From a virus (lineage: Duplodnaviria > Caudoviricetes): 40,289 bases of DNA. The stretch is from IMG/VR virus record IMGVR_UViG_3300040735_000022, positions 1-40,289 of that record; one strand, 5' to 3'. The position numbers were made by a program, and so were the translations under genes. Positions within the stretch are counted from its first letter, which is position 1. Every line of letters starts with the position of its first letter. Below are positions 35,486 to 40,289 of the stretch, piece by piece. The notes under the pieces are model-generated. The model was not told where the DNA came from. It saw only the letters and a program-made list of their open reading frames with translations, and did no database searches.

Positions 35486-35578
35486 TCACATCTTCGTCCG
35501 ATTGATATCTCGACCGGTTTGCCAAATCGCCGGTATCGCCACAATAGCGACCACGAGAACCCAAATCCACTCCGCCAT
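35486..35578 (-). CDS. 30-aa single-TM peptide (not in ORF track)
   Basis: GAGGAGG SD then MAEWIWVLVVAIVAIPAIWQTGRDINRTKM. Confidence 0.6.
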   Translation of the reverse strand: MAEWIWVLVVAIVAIPAIWQTGRDINRTKM

Positions 35579-35643
35579 TTCGCCCTCCTCGAAAATGGAT
35601 CTCAGGAAGTGCGGGGACCCACTCCCTGGGCTTACGAATACTC

Positions 35644-35844
35644 CTATTGCGCTTTGGGCAGCGCCGTCAGGTAAACGCGCGACTTGTCTTCATCAGGTGG
35701 CCTGCACGGGTATGAAGCTGTCCACTCTATCAATTCATACCCTTCTCCCTCCAGGTCCTCTGCTATTCGAGCTGCTATGTCTTGCACGTCCTCGTCTGAT
35801 GCTGTCAAGCGGATCTTCACCATCCGCGTTGCAGTTCCTGCCAT
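35644..35844 (-). CDS. Small hypothetical protein
   Basis: 66 aa, GAGGAGG SD, directly after the tyrosine recombinase. Confidence 0.75.
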   Translation of the reverse strand: MAGTATRMVKIRLTASDEDVQDIAARIAEDLEGEGYELIEWTASYPCRPPDEDKSRVYLTALPKAQ

Positions 35845-35862
35845 AAATCCCTCCTCTTACTG

Positions 35863-36837
35863 TTAGAGACTCTCAACCGCCATGGCCAGGTCTTCCCAGC
35901 CTGGCTTCACATACCGGCTGGTCGTGTCCAGCCGAGAGTGCCCCAAAAGTTTTTGTACGACTGTCAACGGAGATCCGTTGTCAACAAGACGTTTGGCGAA
36001 TGTATGTCGCAGCATGTGAGGCGTCAGTTCGACCCCCGCCTGCCGCCCGATCTCTGCTACAACGCGCTGCACCTGGCGGGTAGTGAGCCGGTTTGTTCCC
36101 TTACCCCTAAAGACCGGCTCACCACCGCTGGCACTTGCTACCGATAACCAAGCGCTCACAGCGCGTCTTGCCTCTGCACCCAGTGGGATCTCGCGCCTTT
36201 TCCCGCCTTTTCCCATCCGAACGATCACCCTGCCGCTCCGTGACGTGATGATCAAATCATCCCCTTCCAGCTTTACCAGCTCACCTTCGCGCAGGCCAGC
36301 GTAGGCCAATAATGAGACCATCGCCTGGTCTCGCAGCGTCGTGAGCTTGGTGTATTCGGTCTTGGCCGCATTCGTGTTGCGTTCCACCTGGCGCAAAACC
36401 TTGTTTATTTCTGCTTTACTCAACCACCGTGGGGGAAGCTCTTCCTCTTCAGCCGAGGCAATGCCCTGAAATGGGTCGTACGTCAAAAATCCGGCGTTTC
36501 TCGCCCACTGGCACACCATCGCCAGCGCGATCCGTCGCCGGTTCCAGGTCGCCGGTTTTACTCTTTGCGTTTCTAGTGAGTATCCCCGGTAAGACCGTAG
36601 ATCGATGCTCGTTATCAAACCTGGCTCAAACGCCTGGCCGTTTATGCGCTCAAACCAGACTGCGTAGTTTTCGATATCGGAAAAATACGCCCCGATCGTC
36701 TTCTGACTGCGACCCTTAGCCGCGCTTGTTTCCAACCATTGCTTGAAATCATCGCTCCATGCAAGTGGACGCTGTTGAAATCCTGCTTCCGGGCTGGCTG
36801 AAATGACCTCGCCCTGTGTCCTTCTAGATATATACAT
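35863..36837 (-). CDS. Tyrosine recombinase (XerC/D-like)
   Basis: Intact catalytic set: GLREGEL, GKGGK, HMLRH, LLGH, TTSRY; 324 aa, no obvious arm-binding domain. Confidence 0.95.
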   Translation of the reverse strand: MYISRRTQGEVISASPEAGFQQRPLAWSDDFKQWLETSAAKGRSQKTIGAYFSDIENYAVWFERINGQAFEPGLITSIDLRSYRGYSLETQRVKPATWNRRRIALAMVCQWARNAGFLTYDPFQGIASAEEEELPPRWLSKAEINKVLRQVERNTNAAKTEYTKLTTLRDQAMVSLLAYAGLREGELVKLEGDDLIITSRSGRVIVRMGKGGKRREIPLGAEARRAVSAWLSVASASGGEPVFRGKGTNRLTTRQVQRVVAEIGRQAGVELTPHMLRHTFAKRLVDNGSPLTVVQKLLGHSRLDTTSRYVKPGWEDLAMAVESL

Positions 36838-36868
36838 AGCTATCTCCTGTTATCTGGTTTGGATACGA

Positions 36869-37066
36869 TTAGCCCTGCTGGGCTTGCTGCTCTATTTGAG
36901 GATTTACTTCGACCTTTTGCGACAATTTCAAGCGTGAATACTCACGAAAAATTAGCACGCGAATCATGTCAGGCCGACTTCGTTGCTCGTACACACAAAG
37001 CGCTTCGAGCTGTGCATCAGTATCGGAATCTACTCGTATGCCGATCTGCACTACTTTATTGGCCAT
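36869..37066 (-). CDS. Cro-position ribbon-helix-helix (Arc/CopG-like) regulator
   Basis: VQIGIRVDSDTDAQLEALCVYEQRSRPDMIRVLI RHH pattern; divergent from the repressor. Confidence 0.8.
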   Translation of the reverse strand: MANKVVQIGIRVDSDTDAQLEALCVYEQRSRPDMIRVLIFREYSRLKLSQKVEVNPQIEQQAQQG

Positions 37067-37105
37067 TATCGCACCTCTTTAAGAGTGAATTACATCTTTA
37101 GAAAT

Positions 37106-37134
37106 ATATTACAACTATGGGAGTAATTTGTCAA
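37106..37134 (-). promoter_or_regulatory. Early lytic promoter
   Basis: TTGACA-17 nt-TAATAT on the minus strand upstream of the RHH gene. Confidence 0.7.
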
Positions 37135-37176
37135 TCATTTTATACCAATTGCTATCATTTCATCTATAATTTATTT

Positions 37177-37593
37177 ATGCTTGAATTTTGGGAGTGGATT
37201 ACAAAGAAATATGTTGATTACCGCGGTGATGCCATAGGGCAGGACCGCAGTATTACAGAATTCGCCAACTGGGTTGGCGTATCTCAACAAACAATGTCAG
37301 GGTGGATGAAAAAAGGCGGTAAATTACCAAGGTCTCAAAAATCTATCACTAATCTTGTAAAAAAGTTTGGGCCAGAAGTCTACGATGTTCTTGGATTGCC
37401 CATGCCAGAAGCATCATTTCCTATCGATTCGCTCCCATCTGAAATGCAAACGGATTTACGACTTGCACTATCGGAAATTAAAAGCAAATTAGGCTCGCTT
37501 GACCCTGATTCCCCAGAAGGGGACGCGCTGGTCAGGTCAATCTTAAAAAAGCATGGCTTCATAATCGATAAGTCGAGCACTATATCAGTATGA
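37177..37593 (+). CDS. CI-like HTH repressor
   Basis: SITEFANWVGVSQQTMSGWMKKG XRE-type HTH; probable start ATG 37177; no S24 peptidase domain. Confidence 0.85.
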   Translation: MLEFWEWITKKYVDYRGDAIGQDRSITEFANWVGVSQQTMSGWMKKGGKLPRSQKSITNLVKKFGPEVYDVLGLPMPEASFPIDSLPSEMQTDLRLALSEIKSKLGSLDPDSPEGDALVRSILKKHGFIIDKSSTISV

Positions 37594-37667
37594 CCGTGAC
37601 AAAGCCTATATCGCATTTTTACTCCTCATTTTTATAATAGCACAAATATTCTACAATGTGAGGATAA

Positions 37668-38222
37668 ATGAAAATCATTTTCAAGCCATCTAAAAAAATT
37701 CCATCTCCATCCGCATATAAACTTGAATACCCTCCACTTTTGCGTGTGGAACTATTACTACAGATGGCAATGAAAATTCGTTCAGGCTCAAATGAATTCA
37801 CCTCCTCAGAAATGTTCAAATCCATGAGCTTTTTACAGCGTGTTGACTTGATGCTAATGGGAATGGAAGGGTTGTTCAAAATAGCATTGGAATTTGAAAA
37901 TGAGGCTCTTCGCATTAGCCGGGGTTACCCACAGGTCGCCGATCTGTACGACCTTGAAAAACGCGGCAATAGCGAAATAGCCAAATCTGGCTATGAAACA
38001 CTGATCTCTGCCGGTTTTATTGGCAGCATGCCTTATGATCGTCTTCGCATTATCTATACTCGTGAGAAAGACTATTCGAGTGCAATTAGGGTATGTCATA
38101 GGTATACCTTCGTCCTCAAACAACTTTCCACAATCCAACCAAATGCTTCCAATTTACGGTTGATACCTGATTTCGAAGAATGGGCTCGTAAGCTTGAAGG
38201 AAAATCAAATCCCGCAAAGTGA
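37668..38222 (+). CDS. Hypothetical protein, TPR-like C-terminal half
   Basis: 184 aa, GAGG SD, low GC; PYDRLRIIYTREKDYSSAIRVC helical-repeat motif. Confidence 0.7.
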   Translation: MKIIFKPSKKIPSPSAYKLEYPPLLRVELLLQMAMKIRSGSNEFTSSEMFKSMSFLQRVDLMLMGMEGLFKIALEFENEALRISRGYPQVADLYDLEKRGNSEIAKSGYETLISAGFIGSMPYDRLRIIYTREKDYSSAIRVCHRYTFVLKQLSTIQPNASNLRLIPDFEEWARKLEGKSNPAK

Positions 38223-38229
38223 GTATAAC

Positions 38230-38358
38230 GTGCTGAAAAAATTCTGTCAGGTCCTCAATCGTCCTGTAACAAAAAGATCCACCGCCGTAGCGATTGTACT
38301 CATCACGGCGCTCATCACCATGTCGCTTGCGTTATCAATCGTATTCTTGCTTCGATAG
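38230..38358 (+). CDS. Possible 42-aa membrane peptide (not in ORF track)
   Basis: GTG start, basic N-terminus followed by a long hydrophobic segment; fills the gap between two plus-strand genes; weak SD. Confidence 0.4.
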   Translation: MLKKFCQVLNRPVTKRSTAVAIVLITALITMSLALSIVFLLR

Positions 38359-38367
38359 GAGGAACTC

Positions 38368-38703
38368 ATGGATAAAAACCTGATCGCCACAGAAATCACG
38401 CAACTCGAAAACCAGATACTCTCATATGAACAGGCTATTACCAAAAACCAGAAGCTCGTCGAATCAACGAACTTTAACTATTACTCCGGCCAGATCGCCT
38501 TAATAATTGGCCTCTTGGGGATTATTCTGCTTTCCAGTTTGTGGTGGATCTGGCTATTTTTACTCGTCATTGGCGCCCTAACCTACTTCTCGGCGAAATC
38601 GAAGCGATCGGCAGCCACAAATGAGACCGAAGAAACTCAGGAAAAGATCCTCGAACTGAAAAAGCAGGCCAATGATCTTCGTTCCCAGCTCCTTGTTCCG
38701 TGA
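38368..38703 (+). CDS. Membrane protein (two TM segments flanked by coiled coils)
   Basis: 111 aa, AGGAGG SD, GTGA-coupled to the integrase. Confidence 0.8.
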   Translation: MDKNLIATEITQLENQILSYEQAITKNQKLVESTNFNYYSGQIALIIGLLGIILLSSLWWIWLFLLVIGALTYFSAKSKRSAATNETEETQEKILELKKQANDLRSQLLVP

Positions 38704-40274
38704 CCTCTCCATTCCAACCCGGTGATCTCGTCGTTGCCTACCTGCGCGATTCTGGCCACGAAGATCAGGAGCTTTCAGTAGAGCAACAGGAAGCTGCCAT
38801 CCGTGCCTGGTGCGATGACCAGCAGCTCATCCTCACCCGTTTGTTCATAGATGCTGCAGCTCCTGGTTCGTCCACGGTCGGTCGCGGTCAATTTCTCGAG
38901 ATGATCTCCTATTTTCATCGTTCACCGGCCGAAAAAGGTGTCGTCATCTGGAAATTCAACCGCTTCGCGCGTTCCATGGACGATGCGCAGTATTATAAGG
39001 CCGACCTTCGCCGCAGGGGTTATGACGTTCATTCGCTAAATGACGCCGTTAGTAATGATCTCAATGGCCGTTTTTACGAGTCCGCCATCGACTGGATGAA
39101 CGCTCGCTACATCGAGGATCTCCGTGCCGACATCAAACGTGGCCTCCACCACCTGGTAGATCAGTACGGCGGCATCGGCGGCACGCCCCCGCGTGGTTTC
39201 ATCCGCGTACCGATCGAGCTTGGAACGCGCCGTGATGGTCGCCCCCACATCGTACACCGCTGGTCACCGGATCCTGATCTCGTCGATACAATCCGCCTGG
39301 CCTTCCGCATGCGCGGCGAAGGCCGTTCGCTTTCTGAAATCAACCGAAAAACCAACCTTTACCGCTCCAACGCCAGTCTTGTCACCATGTTTCGAAACCG
39401 TATATATATCGGCGAGTTGATTTTCGGCGACTACGTCATCCCGAACTACTGTGAACCGATCATAGATCTACCTACCTGGCAGGCTGTGCAAAAAATGCGA
39501 CCATCTACTGCAGTAAAAACCGAGAGGATAAATTCTTCTCACCCGCGCCGTGTCTCCTCTTCCTATCTCCTGAGCGGCCTTGCTCGCTGCGCCTCCTGCG
39601 GGGCGCCGATGAATGGCGATACCGTATCATATACCGTCAAGGGCCAGCGCAAGCGCTATCAGTACTACGCTTGCACCAACCGGCTATGTAATGCTCGCAA
39701 AATCCCAAAAGCCAACCTGGAAAACGCAGTCATCTCCACCCTCGTCGAAGTTGCCCTGGGTGAAGAAAATATAATTGGCATGCAAGCCGAGTTCGAGCGC
39801 GATCAGGCCGTCATCGTTGACGAACTCGATGGCCAGCGCCGGGAAGTAAAATCTCAGATAAAAGAGATCCAGCGCAAAATCGACAACATTTTAGATGTGC
39901 TGGCCGACCAGGGGAAGAACGCTTCTCCCGCGCTCCTCTCACGCCTATCCGCTCTCGAAACTGAGCACACCCGCCTCACAAGCACCCTCCATGATCTCAA
40001 CGCTGCCAGTGTGCCCGCGATAACCTCGCTATCCGAGGCGCAAGCCCGGGCTGATCGAATAAAACAAAAACTGGCCGGGAAAGACCCCGGCCAGCTCAAG
40101 CGTATCTTGCGCGGCCTCATCGACCATCTCACCGTCGAGCGCAACGAACAGCGTCACGTCATCACAGGCATGGTATTTTTCTACTATCCACCCGATGAGG
40201 ACGTGTCAGATGATGATTTTATGCCTTTGCGTGTGTGCCCCAGGAGGGACTCGAACCCCCAGCCTAGGCGTTAG
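38700..40274 (+). CDS. Large serine recombinase (integrase)
   Basis: AYLRDS catalytic motif, WKFNRFAR, recombinase domain, CASC...CTNRLC zinc ribbon, coiled coil; reads through the att core. Confidence 0.96.
   Translation: MTSPFQPGDLVVAYLRDSGHEDQELSVEQQEAAIRAWCDDQQLILTRLFIDAAAPGSSTVGRGQFLEMISYFHRSPAEKGVVIWKFNRFARSMDDAQYYKADLRRRGYDVHSLNDAVSNDLNGRFYESAIDWMNARYIEDLRADIKRGLHHLVDQYGGIGGTPPRGFIRVPIELGTRRDGRPHIVHRWSPDPDLVDTIRLAFRMRGEGRSLSEINRKTNLYRSNASLVTMFRNRIYIGELIFGDYVIPNYCEPIIDLPTWQAVQKMRPSTAVKTERINSSHPRRVSSSYLLSGLARCASCGAPMNGDTVSYTVKGQRKRYQYYACTNRLCNARKIPKANLENAVISTLVEVALGEENIIGMQAEFERDQAVIVDELDGQRREVKSQIKEIQRKIDNILDVLADQGKNASPALLSRLSALETEHTRLTSTLHDLNAASVPAITSLSEAQARADRIKQKLAGKDPGQLKRILRGLIDHLTVERNEQRHVITGMVFFYYPPDEDVSDDDFMPLRVCPRRDSNPQPRR
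40235..40248 (+). repeat. att core, right copy (GTGCCCCAGGAGGG)
   Basis: Identical to 101..114; corresponds to the 3' T-stem and acceptor strand of the tRNA. Confidence 0.93.
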
Positions 40275-40289
40275 GAGTGCCTTGCTCTA
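40236..40289 (-). tRNA. tRNA-Arg(CCT), 5' part outside the window
   Basis: Minus strand TAGAGC-A-AGGCA-CT-CCT-AA-CGCCT-AGGCT-GGGGG-TTCGAGT-CCCTC-CTGGGGC-A; canonical T-loop; no encoded CCA. Confidence 0.92.

Larger units (their letters stand above)
101..40248. mobile_element. Prophage (temperate, siphovirus-like), apparently complete, integrated at tRNA-Arg(CCT)
   Basis: Flanked by identical 14-bp direct repeats, the right copy in a tRNA 3' end. Contains integrase, repressor, replication, lysis, packaging, head and tail modules. No tail sheath gene seen. Confidence 0.95.

Noticed and set aside
35863-36837. Tyrosine recombinase as the tRNA-targeting integrase
   Set aside because: It is distant from att, lacks an obvious arm-binding domain and has its own candidate dif-like site, while attP symmetry fits the adjacent LSR. 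Disfavoured, not disproved.
40266-40282. A-C mismatch at the base of the tRNA anticodon stem suggesting a pseudo-tRNA
   Set aside because: It is a single mismatch outside the att core, the other visible arms are canonical, and the 5' part is outside the window, so there is no basis for a pseudogene call.

Overview
The window is an apparently complete ~40.1 kb temperate prophage (101..40248) with siphovirus-type tail genes. It is bounded by a 14-bp direct repeat (GTGCCCCAGGAGGG) and inserted in the 3' end of a tRNA-Arg(CCT) gene at the right edge. Nearly all genes read leftwards, in this order of transcription: Cro-like RHH, tyrosine recombinase, primase-helicase with an iteron-rich putative origin, ParA / C5-methylase / RHH / repeat array, small accessory genes, an operator-flanked accessory operon, lysis genes, terminase, a protease-scaffold-capsid fusion, head-tail connectors, portal, and tail genes. 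The rightward arm holds a CI-like repressor, low-GC accessory genes and a large serine recombinase (LSR). Five observations stand out. (1) The attachment site lies inside the LSR reading frame, so integration and excision swap the integrase C-terminus, and in the prophage it is read antisense through the tRNA. (2) An integrating phage carries what looks like a full plasmid-maintenance kit (ParA, RHH protein, centromere-like array, Xer-like recombinase with a dif-like site, P4-like iterons). (3) A ~35-bp palindromic element occurs in about 9 co-oriented copies, several in frame inside proteins, including the capsid. (4) The tail chaperone has a candidate +1 frameshift at CCC-TTT-CGT. (5) The head genes are T4-like, with an internal start in the capsid fusion. 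The host is probably Chloroflexota (Anaerolineae), judged only from my recollection of protein families. No database searches were run, so all product calls rest on motifs and synteny.
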